A stretch of DNA of 64,000 nt from an uncultured Flavobacteriaceae bacterium (GTDB taxonomy: Bacteria > Bacteroidota > Bacteroidia > Flavobacteriales > Flavobacteriaceae): the NCBI GenBank assembly GCA_963793275.1, contig CAWBZL010000002.1, positions 101,590 through 165,589 of the forward strand. Reading direction: 5' to 3'. Both the position numbers and the translations under genes were made by a program. A model generated the notes under the pieces. It did not search any database. It saw nothing but the letters and a program-made list of their open reading frames with translations, and had not been told where the DNA came from. Below, one piece after another: positions 10,474-21,402 of this stretch; positions within the stretch are counted from its first letter, which is position 1, and every line of letters starts with the position of its first letter.

Positions 10474-10934
10474 TTTTTAAATGGGTTTTTACTTAATTGT
10501 GAGTTGTAATATCTGGTATTTCCTGTCACTTCTTTTCCAAGCCACGTTGGTTTTGCAAAGATTTCATTTTCTTCAGAAAGTTCTACTTCGGCAATAGTTA
10601 ACCCCTCATTATTTCCGTAGAATTCGTCTATCTCGAACGTATGATTTTTCACTTTTACTTCGTAGCGGGTTTTTTCAATAACCCCGTCTTCGCAAAGTTT
10701 AAGTAATGATTCGGCTTCACTGAGGTTAATTTCCCGTTCCCATTCAAAACGGGTGGTACCTTCTTTATTAGACTTTCCTTTTACGGTTATAAATCCTTTC
10801 TCGTCTTTAATTCTTACACGCACGGTACGTTCCGGGTGGGTGTTTAAAAAGCCCTGTACGATTCTTTTTTTAGAAAAGGGGTCTGATTTGTAGGCTTCGG
10901 AAGTGACTAAGAATTTTCGTTCAATTTCAAACAT
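10467..10934 (-). CDS. CYTH domain protein (class IV adenylate cyclase / triphosphate tunnel metalloenzyme family)
   Basis: 155 aa beginning MFEIERKFLV, the hallmark ExExK motif of CYTH domains. Confidence 0.7.
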   Translation of the reverse strand: MFEIERKFLVTSEAYKSDPFSKKRIVQGFLNTHPERTVRVRIKDEKGFITVKGKSNKEGTTRFEWEREINLSEAESLLKLCEDGVIEKTRYEVKVKNHTFEIDEFYGNNEGLTIAEVELSEENEIFAKPTWLGKEVTGNTRYYNSQLSKNPFKNW

Positions 10935-11577
10935 TGGCTATTTCTTTTATTTCATCGGAAGGAATACGTTGTTTTTTATATCCGTTTTCAGCTACCGTTA
11001 ACATTGCTTTTGCAATCGTTTCAGGTTCAATAATTTTATATTTCTCCGGAATAATAAAACTGAACGCTCCCATAAAAAACTGCGCCATGCGTTCTCCAAA
11101 TCGGTTTTCATTTCTATCACCGCCAATCAATGAAGGTTGAAAAATATAGCTATTTTCTATGTTTTCAGCTAACACATCTTGCTCCATTTCTCCTTTGGTT
11201 TTATTATAAAACGTGTTACTTTGCGGGTCTGCTCCCATAGCTGAAATTACCTGAAACATAGCAATCCCGTTGTGTTTTGCCAATTTTGCGGCGTCTACAG
11301 GAATACCATAATCTATCTTTCGGTATTTTTCCTTATCTGGTGTTTTCGCTTTTGTCGTTCCAATACAACAGAAAACTATATCGCCGGTAAAATTTTCAGT
11401 AAACTGTTTTAAGTTAAACAGATCGCCTAAGTATTCTTCAATTTTAGGGTGTGAAATATCGCAGGAACTTCGGCTAAACAATTTAATTTTTTTAAAGCGG
11501 GCATCTTTTAATAAATACTCGAGTAATTTTCCGCCTACCAATCCGGTGGCTCCTAATAGTATTGCTGTTTTTGGCAT
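10927..11577 (-). CDS. NAD(P)H-binding oxidoreductase (atypical SDR/epimerase-like)
   Basis: 216 aa with N-terminal Rossmann motif LGATGLVGGKLL. Confidence 0.65.
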   Translation of the reverse strand: MPKTAILLGATGLVGGKLLEYLLKDARFKKIKLFSRSSCDISHPKIEEYLGDLFNLKQFTENFTGDIVFCCIGTTKAKTPDKEKYRKIDYGIPVDAAKLAKHNGIAMFQVISAMGADPQSNTFYNKTKGEMEQDVLAENIENSYIFQPSLIGGDRNENRFGERMAQFFMGAFSFIIPEKYKIIEPETIAKAMLTVAENGYKKQRIPSDEIKEIANV

Positions 11578-11749
11578 GGGTATCTTTTAAGATGCTGGCT
11601 AACATGTAAATTAGAATTTTAAAGTATCGCAGTTGAAGTTTAAAGATATTATAATTTATATAGTTTTAGACCGCGCTCAAATTGACAGATTAAGGTTTAT
11701 TACTTTTAGACAGCATGTTGATTACGCATAAAGGTATTAAATTTACAGG

Positions 11750-12880
11750 ATGGAAACCGATCTTCCGCTTCGGAAAATAATACACGTAGATATGGATGCC
11801 TTTTATGCTTCGGTGGAGCAATTGGACGATCCTTCCCTGGTTGGTAAACCTATTGCCGTAGGTGGTGGTGGCACCCGTGGTGTAGTTAGTGCCGCAAGTT
11901 ACGAAGCTAGGAAGTTTGGCGTGCGATCTGCTATGAGTGGGCGGTTAGCTATAAAATTATGTCCGGAGCTCATCTTTGTGCGCACTAATTTTGAGCGGTA
12001 CCGGGAAATTTCAGAAAAAATAAGAAAGGTATTTTTCGAATTTACAGACCTGGTGGAACCACTTTCGCTGGATGAAGCCTATCTGGATGTAACTGAAAAC
12101 AAGAAAGGAAACCCAAGTGCTTCCTTAATTGCCTTGGAAATACGCCAAAAAATAAAAGAACGCACGGGTTTAAATGCTTCCGCAGGAATTAGCATTAATA
12201 AATTTATTGCGAAAGTAGCCAGTGACATTAACAAACCGAACGGTCAAAAAACAGTTCCGCCGGAAGAGGTGCTGGCATTTCTTGAACAACTGGATATTAA
12301 AAAGTTTTACGGTGTGGGCAAAGTGATGAAAGAAAAAATGTACCGTCACGGAATTTATACGGGAGCCGATTTAAAGAAAAAAAGCTTTGACTATTTAGAA
12401 GAAAACTTTGGAAAAAGCGGGAGTTACTACTATAATATTGTGCGTGGCATACATAACAGCCAGGTAAAAGCAGAACGTACCCGCAAATCACTCGCGGCGG
12501 AAAGGACCTTTAGTGAAAATATTTCTTCTGAAATTTTTATGCTGGAACGCCTGGAAAATATCGCCGAGGAAGTAGCCAAACGACTCAAAAAAAGCAAGGT
12601 CGCCGGCCGAACCATTACGCTAAAAATTAAATATAGCGACTTCACCCTGCAAACCCGCAGTAAAACACTCCCTTTTTATATCGCCACCAAAGAGTTAATA
12701 CTGGATAACGTTAAAGATTTGTTATACCAAGACGAAATGAGGGAGTCTGTACGTTTATTAGGTATAAGCCTGAGTAATCTGAATAACGAAAGCTCTAAAA
12801 AAAAGAGAACATTTCAGAAGAAACCATTGACGTACAACTTAAACTCGACTTCTAATTTATGTAACAAATTACTTTTTTGA
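11750..12880 (+). CDS. dinB: DNA polymerase IV (Y-family translesion polymerase)
   Basis: 376 aa beginning IIHVDMDAFYASVEQ...GKPIAVGG, the canonical DinB N-terminus. Confidence 0.85.
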   Translation: METDLPLRKIIHVDMDAFYASVEQLDDPSLVGKPIAVGGGGTRGVVSAASYEARKFGVRSAMSGRLAIKLCPELIFVRTNFERYREISEKIRKVFFEFTDLVEPLSLDEAYLDVTENKKGNPSASLIALEIRQKIKERTGLNASAGISINKFIAKVASDINKPNGQKTVPPEEVLAFLEQLDIKKFYGVGKVMKEKMYRHGIYTGADLKKKSFDYLEENFGKSGSYYYNIVRGIHNSQVKAERTRKSLAAERTFSENISSEIFMLERLENIAEEVAKRLKKSKVAGRTITLKIKYSDFTLQTRSKTLPFYIATKELILDNVKDLLYQDEMRESVRLLGISLSNLNNESSKKKRTFQKKPLTYNLNSTSNLCNKLLF

Positions 12881-12909
12881 ATCTAATAATTAATTAAAAC
12901 CACTTTATT

Positions 12910-13680
12910 ATGAAAAAAGTAGCATTTACCGTCGTAGCCCTAACTTTTGCAACCCTTTTTATGGCTTGTAAAAACGAAACTTCTGAAACTGAAACTACAC
13001 CAACAAACCTCGATCTGGCTGTAGCAGACACCAACCCCAATATTGAAACAGGTTATTTATACGTTACCGCACCCAGTGGCTTGACACTTCGTGAATTCAA
13101 TAACCTAAATAGTGAAAAACTAGCCGTAATGCCTTACGGAACCAAGCTTAAAATCCTTGCAAACGAGCAAAATAACACCATGACCGTTGGAGGAATTAAT
13201 GGCGGTATGAACGAGGTGGAGTACAATAATAAAACAGGATTTGCTTTTAATGGGTTCCTTTCAAAATTCTTCCCGCCGGAAAAAGGGACTAACGCCAAAA
13301 TGTATGTAGAAGATCTAAAAGCTACCTTCCCAACAGCGTCCTACGCCGAAACTACAGGAGGTACAGCAAGTAGCCCTACAAGTACTGAGACGGTTGTGTT
13401 GCCTACCAAGGAGTGGCACGAAGCGTTCTATATTGCTCAAAAACTATACGGTATTCCAATGGCTTTTAATTTTCCAAACCCTAAAGGAAAGGATGCCGAA
13501 ACCATCATAAACAGTAAAAAACCAGAGCAGTTAGTGGCCAGTGACCTGTTGCTGGAAAGAAAAGATAATCAATTTCAGAAAATCACGTACAGCCAGGCTG
13601 CCGAAGGTTTTGGAAGTGGTGTTACCATTACCAAAGAAGGTGAAATGATGAAGATTGAATATACTACCGTTGTGGACTAA
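12910..13680 (+). CDS. hypothetical lipoprotein
   Basis: 256 aa with lipobox (LFMACKN) and low-complexity Thr/Glu-rich linker. Confidence 0.5.
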   Translation: MKKVAFTVVALTFATLFMACKNETSETETTPTNLDLAVADTNPNIETGYLYVTAPSGLTLREFNNLNSEKLAVMPYGTKLKILANEQNNTMTVGGINGGMNEVEYNNKTGFAFNGFLSKFFPPEKGTNAKMYVEDLKATFPTASYAETTGGTASSPTSTETVVLPTKEWHEAFYIAQKLYGIPMAFNFPNPKGKDAETIINSKKPEQLVASDLLLERKDNQFQKITYSQAAEGFGSGVTITKEGEMMKIEYTTVVD

Positions 13681-13719
13681 ACCCCATTCGGGATAAATTC
13701 TAAACCTAGTAGGGCTTCA

Positions 13720-13740
13720 AAACCTTGATAGGTTTTTTTT
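13720..13740 (+). terminator. weak rho-independent terminator
   Basis: Stem aaacct/aggttt, loop tgat, followed by T8 immediately after the 12910-13680 gene. Confidence 0.35.
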
Positions 13741-13794
13741 ATATCTTTAGATATTGAAGCTCCTCAATCTTTCAATTTCTAAAAATAGGTTATT

Positions 13795-14982
13795 ATGAAA
13801 ATTTTTTTACCAGTACTCGGGTTGTTTATTTATAGTAGTGTTATTTCTCAAATCACTTTAATTCCTGATGAGAATTTTGAGGGCTTCTTACTTTCAGAAG
13901 GAATTGATACAGACGGCGCCTTAAACGGACAAGTAAGCACCGTGGATATTGAAACTGTGATCGAGTTATACGCATCGAATGAAAATATTGAAGATTTTAC
14001 CGGTATTGAAGATTTTGCTGCCTTGGAAATATTAGATTGTTCTGAAAATTCTGGTTTGGAAAGTATCAATTTGAGTACTAACACCATGCTTAAAGAATTT
14101 TATGCGGAGTTTACGTCGCTTTCAACCCTGGATATTTCAACAAATAGTAGTTTACAGATTTTATATATTCCTCATAATAATTTAACCACATTAACACTGG
14201 AGAATAATCCGGCACTAGAAGCACTTGTTTGCGGTAATCCAATGCAGGATGTTGGTCCGTTTAACGAAATTACCAGCATAGATTTAGCTGGCGCTCCCAA
14301 TCTTTTATTTCTGGATGTTTCCTACATGTTTATTAATGTTGATTTTGATTTAACCTTGCTACCTCTCTTAGAAAATTTTTATGGTGCTTACTCCGGACTT
14401 GAAAGTTTAGATTTTTCAAACAACCAAAATCTCGAAGTACTCGATTTGGGGGGTTTTGAGACAGGTTTAGTCTTTGGTCAAAGCAATAATCTTACCGAGC
14501 TGAACCTTTCCAATAATCCCAACCTTACAGATGTGAATGTAGGGTTTACGGGGATAAGTTCACTAAATTTAAGAAATGGTAACAACACTATATTAACTGA
14601 AATGCGCGCAAACCTGAACGACCCGCTATTTTGCATTCAAGTAGATGACGAAACTGCTGCAAATAATGGAGATGTACCTTATGGAGATTGGAATGTAGAT
14701 GCACAGGCAACCTATTCTGAAGAGTGTATTTTGGGAATAGAAGAAAATAAATTAGCATTATTTACCCTATATCCTAACCCAACATCTCAACACTTGAGAA
14801 TAGAATCCTCCAGCAACATGATGCTACAAGGAATTCAAATCTATTCGGTTGAAGGACAATTATTATTGGAGCCAAATTTTAATAACGGTAGTATGGATGT
14901 TTCTGAATTAGCTTCCGGCTTTTATATACTGAAAGCTCAATTTGACGAAAGTGTTTCAAGCCAGACCTTTATAAAGAAATAA
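13795..14982 (+). CDS. leucine-rich-repeat secreted protein with T9SS C-terminal sorting domain
   Basis: 395 aa with signal peptide and repeated LxxLxLxxN LRR units. The C-terminus (LYPNPTSQHLRIE...SGFYILKAQ) matches the Por/type IX secretion sorting domain. Confidence 0.6.
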   Translation: MKIFLPVLGLFIYSSVISQITLIPDENFEGFLLSEGIDTDGALNGQVSTVDIETVIELYASNENIEDFTGIEDFAALEILDCSENSGLESINLSTNTMLKEFYAEFTSLSTLDISTNSSLQILYIPHNNLTTLTLENNPALEALVCGNPMQDVGPFNEITSIDLAGAPNLLFLDVSYMFINVDFDLTLLPLLENFYGAYSGLESLDFSNNQNLEVLDLGGFETGLVFGQSNNLTELNLSNNPNLTDVNVGFTGISSLNLRNGNNTILTEMRANLNDPLFCIQVDDETAANNGDVPYGDWNVDAQATYSEECILGIEENKLALFTLYPNPTSQHLRIESSSNMMLQGIQIYSVEGQLLLEPNFNNGSMDVSELASGFYILKAQFDESVSSQTFIKK

Positions 14983-16413
14983 CTACTTCACTAAACTCAC
15001 CCGCAAGGTATTCACCATCCCTTTATCTGCAATAGGCATGGCGGCCAGGTTAATTAGATAATCTCCTTTTTCTACAAAGCCTCGTTCGTGGGCGATACGG
15101 TTTACATCGTCTACAGTTTCGTCTGTACTTACAAACTTGTCGTAATAAAAAGATTTTACACCCCATAACAGGTTAAGACGCGATAAAATTCTGCGGTTGC
15201 TGGTGTACACCAAAATATGCGCATCTGGTCTCCAGGCCGAAATTTGAAACGCCGTATACCCGCTATTTGTTAACGTGCAAATAGCTTTGGCTGAAATTTC
15301 ATTCGCCATACTCGCTGCATGATAACAAACCGATTTGGTAATATATCTATTTGTACGAATATGTGGTGGCTCCTGCGGCACGTTAATGAGGGTGGAGTTT
15401 TCTACGCTCTTACAAATTTTGGTCATGGTTTTAATAACATCAACAGGATATTGTCCAACCGAAGTTTCCCCGGAAAGCATCACCGCATCTGCGCCGTCCA
15501 TTACACTATTGGCAACATCGTTTACCTCGGCTCTGGTTGGTGTAAGTGAAGTAATCATAGTTTCCATCATTTGCGTGGCTATAATTACGGGTATTCTTGC
15601 TCTTTTAGCCGTTAGTACCAGTTCTTTTTGAATTAATGGTACTTCCTCTGCGGGAACTTCAACACCCAGATCGCCACGGGCAACCATTAAACCATCACAA
15701 TACGCCACAATTTTATCTATATTTTTAACCGCTTCAGGTTTTTCAATCTTGGCTATGATAGGGATTTTATATTCGCTGTGTGCTTCTATAATGGCCTGCA
15801 ACTCTTTTAAATCTTCTGCGTGGCGTACAAAAGAAAGCGCTATCCAGTCTACTTTCTGGCTAATGGCGAATATGGCGTCTTCAATATCTTTTTTGGTAAG
15901 CGCCGGCAACGAAATGTTGGTATTTGGCAGATTCACACCTTTGCGGGAGCGTAATGGACCACCCTGGATCACTTTTGCTTTTACTTCATTTTCATTATTA
16001 GTTTCAAGCACTTCAAACATTAATTTACCGTCGTCCAGTAAAATACGCTCGCCTACTTTTACATCTTTCGGGAAATTATCATAATTCATATACACCTTTT
16101 TGCGGGTGCCTTCAAATTCTTTTCCTGTACAAAACTTAATAGTATCTCCGGGTTGCACAACTACTTCTTCCTTCATCATTCCAACACGTAACTTTGGACC
16201 TTGTAAATCTCCTAAAATGGCGGTGGTGGTATTCATTTCTTCACCAAGATCCCTAATCATTTGTATTCTTTCTTTTACATCGTCATAATTGGCGTGCGAA
16301 AAATTAACTCTAAACACATCCACGCCCTCTTCTATCATGGCGCGTAAGGTTTCTTTGCTTGAAGTTGCTGGGCCTAGTGTGGCTACTATTTTTGTTCTTT
16401 TCTGTTTCGGCAT
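14983..16413 (-). CDS. pyk: pyruvate kinase
   Basis: 476 aa beginning KIVATLGPAT, with MVARGDLG and the other canonical PK motifs. Confidence 0.9.
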   Translation of the reverse strand: MPKQKRTKIVATLGPATSSKETLRAMIEEGVDVFRVNFSHANYDDVKERIQMIRDLGEEMNTTTAILGDLQGPKLRVGMMKEEVVVQPGDTIKFCTGKEFEGTRKKVYMNYDNFPKDVKVGERILLDDGKLMFEVLETNNENEVKAKVIQGGPLRSRKGVNLPNTNISLPALTKKDIEDAIFAISQKVDWIALSFVRHAEDLKELQAIIEAHSEYKIPIIAKIEKPEAVKNIDKIVAYCDGLMVARGDLGVEVPAEEVPLIQKELVLTAKRARIPVIIATQMMETMITSLTPTRAEVNDVANSVMDGADAVMLSGETSVGQYPVDVIKTMTKICKSVENSTLINVPQEPPHIRTNRYITKSVCYHAASMANEISAKAICTLTNSGYTAFQISAWRPDAHILVYTSNRRILSRLNLLWGVKSFYYDKFVSTDETVDDVNRIAHERGFVEKGDYLINLAAMPIADKGMVNTLRVSLVK

Positions 16414-16922
16414 TAGTCAAAAATTAAGTTTTCACTGGATTTTATTTCGGAAACTTCAACTTTAAAAGCTGAAATTACCTGATCTATTTCGTTTAATTGC
16501 ATCAGTAATTTCCTGATGGGTGTAGTCTCATATTCTGAAGAAATTTTCAGAAAAAAATCTACTTTTTTAAATTCCGGCAATAAGTATCTGGTCATTACTT
16601 CTTCGGTAATTTCATCTCCAAAAAGCCCGCCGCTTCCCACGGTATGTGCCGCAACTGTTTTGCATTTATTTGCAACCAGATGATAGGTGGTATACTGATT
16701 TTCATTCTCAAAGTTGAATAACGGAAATGTAATTTCCAATCCGTCTTTCGAAAAATCCAGATCTCTCCTTCTGCGGTGCAAACGTAGCTGAATGTGCTTG
16801 TTAAGTAAAAAAGCAAGTTTGTAGGCTTCCTCACTGCAGTGTATGGCAATGAGTGAAAAATCTATGCCTATATCTTCGTCTAAAATAAGTTTGTGGTTCG
16901 CCATAGCTGGGTGAAATCGCAA
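16413..16922 (-). CDS. IPExxxVDY-family protein (Bacteroidetes-specific, rnc-linked)
   Basis: 169 aa containing LPEFKKVDFF, which matches the family motif. It is immediately downstream of rnc as is typical. Confidence 0.5.
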   Translation of the reverse strand: MRFHPAMANHKLILDEDIGIDFSLIAIHCSEEAYKLAFLLNKHIQLRLHRRRRDLDFSKDGLEITFPLFNFENENQYTTYHLVANKCKTVAAHTVGSGGLFGDEITEEVMTRYLLPEFKKVDFFLKISSEYETTPIRKLLMQLNEIDQVISAFKVEVSEIKSSENLIFD

Positions 16923-16962
16923 GCTACTAAAGTAATGAACCTTTTTATAAGGAGTGTAAAGA

Positions 16963-17706
16963 TTAGTTTAAATCTTTTTCTATGGCCACCTGAAGCTTAA
17001 AATACGCTCGTTTGGAAGCGCGTTCTTCCGCTTTTTTCTTTGAAGTGGCTCTGGCTTTACCTACAGTTTTACCGTCCAGCTGCAACTTCACGGCAAAATG
17101 TTTTAACTCGTCGTTACCGGTATCGTCATACACCACATATTTGAACGATTTTTTATGTTTCTGGCACCATTCTATAAAGAGACTTTTGTAGCTAATAACC
17201 TTTCCCTCCAGCCTTTCTATATCTACATAAGGTTTTATCACTCTTTTATAGATAAATTTTTCGCAATACGGAAACCCTCTGTCCAGATAGATCGCTCCAA
17301 CTAAAGCTTCAAATATATTGCCATGAATATTTCCGCCAAATTGTTTGGTTGGAATATTTGTTTTAAGCAATTTAATGAGCTGAAGGTCTCGTCCTAATTC
17401 GTTTAAATGTTCTCTGCTTACTACTTTAGAGCGCATTTTGGTTAAATACCCTTCATCGCCAGACGGTACTTCTTTAAAAAGGTGTGAGGCAATTACAGAT
17501 CCCAGCATAGCATCTCCCAAAAATTCCAGTCGTTCGTAATTTTGTGGAATTCCCTGACTGTTTTTTTCGTTTAAAGAGCGGTGTGTAAAAGCTTCTTCAA
17601 AGATGGAAATGTTTTTTGGCTTAAAACCTAGAATCTTTTTTATGGCACTAAAAAACTCCCCTTCTTTACCAGAACGGGAACTAAATATTTTTGGAACAAG
17701 CGCCAT
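16963..17706 (-). CDS. rnc: ribonuclease III
   Basis: RNase III signature ERLEFLGDAMLG with a C-terminal dsRBD, 247 aa. Confidence 0.9.
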   Translation of the reverse strand: MALVPKIFSSRSGKEGEFFSAIKKILGFKPKNISIFEEAFTHRSLNEKNSQGIPQNYERLEFLGDAMLGSVIASHLFKEVPSGDEGYLTKMRSKVVSREHLNELGRDLQLIKLLKTNIPTKQFGGNIHGNIFEALVGAIYLDRGFPYCEKFIYKRVIKPYVDIERLEGKVISYKSLFIEWCQKHKKSFKYVVYDDTGNDELKHFAVKLQLDGKTVGKARATSKKKAEERASKRAYFKLQVAIEKDLN

Positions 17707-17715
17707 TAGCTAAAA

Positions 17716-18969
17716 TTAAGCGTCCAGTTTCTTGAACAGAACACAAGCATTATGCCCACCAAAACCAAAGGTGTTGCTCATAGCAACTTTAATCTCTCGT
17801 CTTTGAGCTTTGTTAAGGGTAAGATTTAAAGAGGCATCAATATTTTCGTCTACCGTAGTGTGATTTATGGTTGGAGGAACAATACCATGCTCCATTGCCA
17901 ATATTGCGGCAATAGACTCAATTGCTCCGGCAGCACCTAATAAGTGCCCCGTCATGGACTTGGTAGAATTAATGTGAATGTTTTTTGCGTGTTCACCAAA
18001 TACTTTGGTAATTGCTTTTAGTTCGGCTACATCACCAAGTGGGGTGGAGGTACCGTGGGTATTAATGTGGTCTACTTGGTTTGGGGTCATTCCCGCATCA
18101 CGTAGGCAATTAAGCATGACACGTTCTACACCAATTCCATCAGGGTGTGGAGCGGTCATGTGATACGCATCACTGGACATTCCACCACCTAAAACCTCGG
18201 CATATATTTTAGCGCCACGTGCTTTGGCGTGTTCATATTCTTCCAGAATTAAAGCTCCTGCTCCTTCGCCCAGCACAAATCCGTCGCGTGTTGCGTCAAA
18301 AGGTCTGGATGCAGTTTTAGGATCATCGTTTCTGGTAGAGAGTGCGTGCATGGCGTTAAAGCCACCCATTCCTGCCATGGTAACGGCAGCTTCACTTCCT
18401 CCCGTAACTATAACATCACAATGTCCTAAACGTATATAGTTTAAGGCATCAATCATAGCATTAGCAGAAGAAGCACACGCAGAGACCGTAGTATAGTTAG
18501 GTCCCATAAATCCGTGTTTAATAGAAATATTACCAGGAGCAATATCTGCTATCATTTTAGGAATAAAGAAGGGGTTGAAACGTGGTGTTCCATCCCCTTT
18601 TGCAAAATTTATGACTTCATTCTGAAAAGTCTCCAGGCCTCCAATTCCAGCACCCCAAATTACACCAACACGAAATTTATCTACTTCGTCAAGGTTAATT
18701 CCGGCATCTGCAATGGCTTCGTCGGAAGAGACCAGTGCATATTGTGCAAAACGGTCTAGTCTTCGGCCTTCTTTCCTGTCAAAATGGTCCTCTAAATTAA
18801 AATTCTTGAGTTCACAAGCAAATTGTGTTTTGAACTTTTCAGCATCAAAATACGTGATAGGTGCGCATCCGCTTTTGCCATTTTTAAGACCATCCCAGTA
18901 TTCTGAAATAGTGTTTCCAATGGGTGTAAGGGCTCCTAAACCGGTAACAACAACTCGCTTTAACTCCAT
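17716..18969 (-). CDS. fabF: beta-ketoacyl-ACP synthase II
   Basis: 417 aa with active-site Cys context (SACASS) and the His-His pair of KAS II. It is adjacent to acpP. Confidence 0.9.
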   Translation of the reverse strand: MELKRVVVTGLGALTPIGNTISEYWDGLKNGKSGCAPITYFDAEKFKTQFACELKNFNLEDHFDRKEGRRLDRFAQYALVSSDEAIADAGINLDEVDKFRVGVIWGAGIGGLETFQNEVINFAKGDGTPRFNPFFIPKMIADIAPGNISIKHGFMGPNYTTVSACASSANAMIDALNYIRLGHCDVIVTGGSEAAVTMAGMGGFNAMHALSTRNDDPKTASRPFDATRDGFVLGEGAGALILEEYEHAKARGAKIYAEVLGGGMSSDAYHMTAPHPDGIGVERVMLNCLRDAGMTPNQVDHINTHGTSTPLGDVAELKAITKVFGEHAKNIHINSTKSMTGHLLGAAGAIESIAAILAMEHGIVPPTINHTTVDENIDASLNLTLNKAQRREIKVAMSNTFGFGGHNACVLFKKLDA

Positions 18970-18981
18970 AGAAGGCTCTTT

Positions 18982-19215
18982 TTACTTAGCTTCTTCTATA
19001 TATGAAACTGCTTGACCAACGGTCGCAATGTTCTCTGCTTGATCGTCTGGGATCTGGATGTCGAATTCTTTTTCGAATTCCATAATTAGTTCAACGGTAT
19101 CAAGGCTGTCTGCCCCTAGGTCGTTAGTGAAGCTAGCTTCGTTTACAACTTCGTTTTCGTCTACGCCTAATTTGTCTACAATTATTGCTTTTACTCTTGA
19201 TGCAATGTCTGACAT
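18982..19215 (-). CDS. acpP: acyl carrier protein
   Basis: 77 aa with phosphopantetheine-attachment motif [11 protein letters not shown]. Confidence 0.9.
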   Translation of the reverse strand: MSDIASRVKAIIVDKLGVDENEVVNEASFTNDLGADSLDTVELIMEFEKEFDIQIPDDQAENIATVGQAVSYIEEAK

Positions 19216-19371
19216 AATGTTTTGTTTTAAAATTTAATTAAGTGGCAAAAATAAAATATTTTAATTGAAAAAGCCACTTATCGGTTAAAATGTGCTCACC
19301 AATTTAACAATTTTTGGGCGAAGTAAAACCCTATTGCCTACTTTTGTGAATTATTTATTTGATTTACTCCA

Positions 19372-19974
19372 GTGAACTCCAAAGAAACCAAGAAAGAGAA
19401 GAGGATTGTAATTTTTGCTTCGGGCAGTGGTACCAATGCCCAGAATGTTATTCAATACTTTCAGCAATCTAACGTTGCCGAGGTTGTTCACGTGCTCAGT
19501 AACAAGAAGGATGCCAAAGTTTTAGCACGTGCCAAAGCCTTACGTATACCAGCGACCAGCTTCAGTAAAACCGAATTACTTTCAGAAGAACACGTGCTGA
19601 GATTCCTCAAAAACTTGCGCCCGGATATTATAGTTCTAGCAGGTTTTTTGCTGAAATTTCCTGAAATTATTATCCGCGAGTTTTCAGATAAAATAATTAA
19701 TATTCACCCTGCTTTGTTACCAAAATATGGCGGAAAAGGAATGTACGGACACCATGTTCACGAAGCAATTGTAGCAAATAAGGAATCTGAAACAGGAATT
19801 ACCATTCATTATGTAAACGAAAATTATGATGAAGGAGGGATTATTCTTCAGAAAAAAGTTGAAGTTTTGCCTGGAGATTCCTCTGAAGCCGTAGCAAGAA
19901 AAGTACAACACTTAGAATATAAATGGCTACCGAAGGTTATTGAAGCGTTGGTTGCGGGATCTAAAATTGAATAG
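19372..19974 (+). CDS. purN: phosphoribosylglycinamide formyltransferase
   Basis: 200 aa with formyltransferase fold motifs (IVIFASGSGTNAQ, NIHPALLP). Confidence 0.85.
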   Translation: MNSKETKKEKRIVIFASGSGTNAQNVIQYFQQSNVAEVVHVLSNKKDAKVLARAKALRIPATSFSKTELLSEEHVLRFLKNLRPDIIVLAGFLLKFPEIIIREFSDKIINIHPALLPKYGGKGMYGHHVHEAIVANKESETGITIHYVNENYDEGGIILQKKVEVLPGDSSEAVARKVQHLEYKWLPKVIEALVAGSKIE

Positions 19975-20001
19975 AACATTTTTTAAAAGCATAAATAGAA
20001 G

Positions 20002-21377
20002 GTGAACGTTGGAGAACAGCAAACATACATTATGGATAAATTTTTATTCAAGTATATAGACAACACAGGACTTGTACTATGGCGTGTGGTTTTTGGTGCC
20101 TTAATAGCAACCGAAGCTTTTGGGGCTATTGCAACAGGATGGCTTAAAAGAACCCTTATTGAGCCCGAGTTTACCTTTAACTTTATTGGTTTTGAGTTCC
20201 TGCAACCACTGCCCGGCGACTTAATGTATTACTACTTTATACTTATGGGTGTTTTTGGTCTTTTGGTGATGGTAGGGTACAAATACCGCTTTAGCATGGC
20301 ATGTTACGCGCTTATGTGGACGTGTGTGTATTTAATGCAAAAAACGTCTTATAATAATCATTATTATTTAATGATGTTGCTGTGTTGGATCATGGTGTTT
20401 CTACCTGCCCACCGCTGGTTTTCCCTGGATGCAACATTAGACCCCGAAGTTAAATCGCCGGCTGCTCCGCGTTGGACTTACTTAGTAATTATCTTTCAGG
20501 TATGGATTGTGTATACATTTGCATCTGTTGCAAAATGGTATCCGGATTGGCTAGATGGTACTACCACAGCACTTTTTATGAGTGGAAAAAGCGATTACTG
20601 GCTCATTGGACCGTTTTTACAGCTGGACTGGGTGCATTGGTGTATTGCGTATGTGGGTATTTTCTTCGATCTGCTCATTGTTCCGTTGATGCTTTATAAG
20701 CGTACCAGATTTATCGGTTTTGCTATTTCAGTGTTCTTTCATTTATTTAATTCTATTGTGTTTCAGATTGGGATCTTTCCTTATATGAGTATTGCTTTTG
20801 CACTGTTCTTTTTCTCTTCTGAAACATTACAAAAAAGGTTTCTTCCGAAGAAAAAATTATACACCTTAGGCGAAGTGAAAGTGCCAAACTACAAACCACT
20901 GCTGGTTGGAGTGTTTTCGATCTATTTTATATTTCAAATTGGCTTACCACTTCGCCATTGGGCGTTTCAGGATGACGTGCTTTGGACCGAGAGGGCCACC
21001 GCCTAAGCTGGCGTATGATGCTACGCAGCAAAGGCTCCAGAGTTATAGTGTATACTCAGGAAGAAGGCAGCGTAGAAAAAAAACCGTATAACTACCGAAA
21101 ACTCCTGAGTAAAAAACAACAACGCGCTTCCAAAAGCAAACCAGACCTATTGTGGAGACTCGCTAAAGAGATTAAAAAAGCCGAAGCTAAAGAAGGTAGA
21201 AACGTACAGGTTTTTATGGATGTTAAGTTAAAAATAAATGGCGGGGAGTACCATCAGTTTATAAAACCAGATGTAGATATTGCCTCTAAGGAGTGGCACC
21301 CCTTTAAACATCACGATTGGCTGGAACCTTCGCCTGCAGATTATCACGCAAAAGCAAAGAAAAAAGAAGAAAACTAA
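20002..21377 (+). pseudogene. HTTM-domain (vitamin K-dependent gamma-carboxylase-like) membrane protein, interrupted by a single-base frameshift near 20990
   Basis: Frame 1 (20002-21006) encodes the N-terminal HTTM region and ends ...FQDDVLWTERATA*. The 0 frame continues (E)GHRLSWRMMLRSK...WHPFKHHDWL, which is the conserved continuation of HTTM proteins. Restoring one G in gagagg makes a single ORF of about 459 aa. Confidence 0.55.
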
Positions 21378-21402
21378 AATCCTCTCAAAACATACATTTT
21401 CG

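Noticed and set aside
11640-11750. Bacteroidetes -7 promoter motif upstream of dinB
   Set aside because: The only candidate (TAAATTTA) lacks the terminal G of TAnnTTTG, so it was not called.
20906-21091. 61-aa ORF in the third frame at the HTTM junction
   Set aside because: It is explained by the frameshift. The conserved HTTM continuation is in the other frame (20982-21377).
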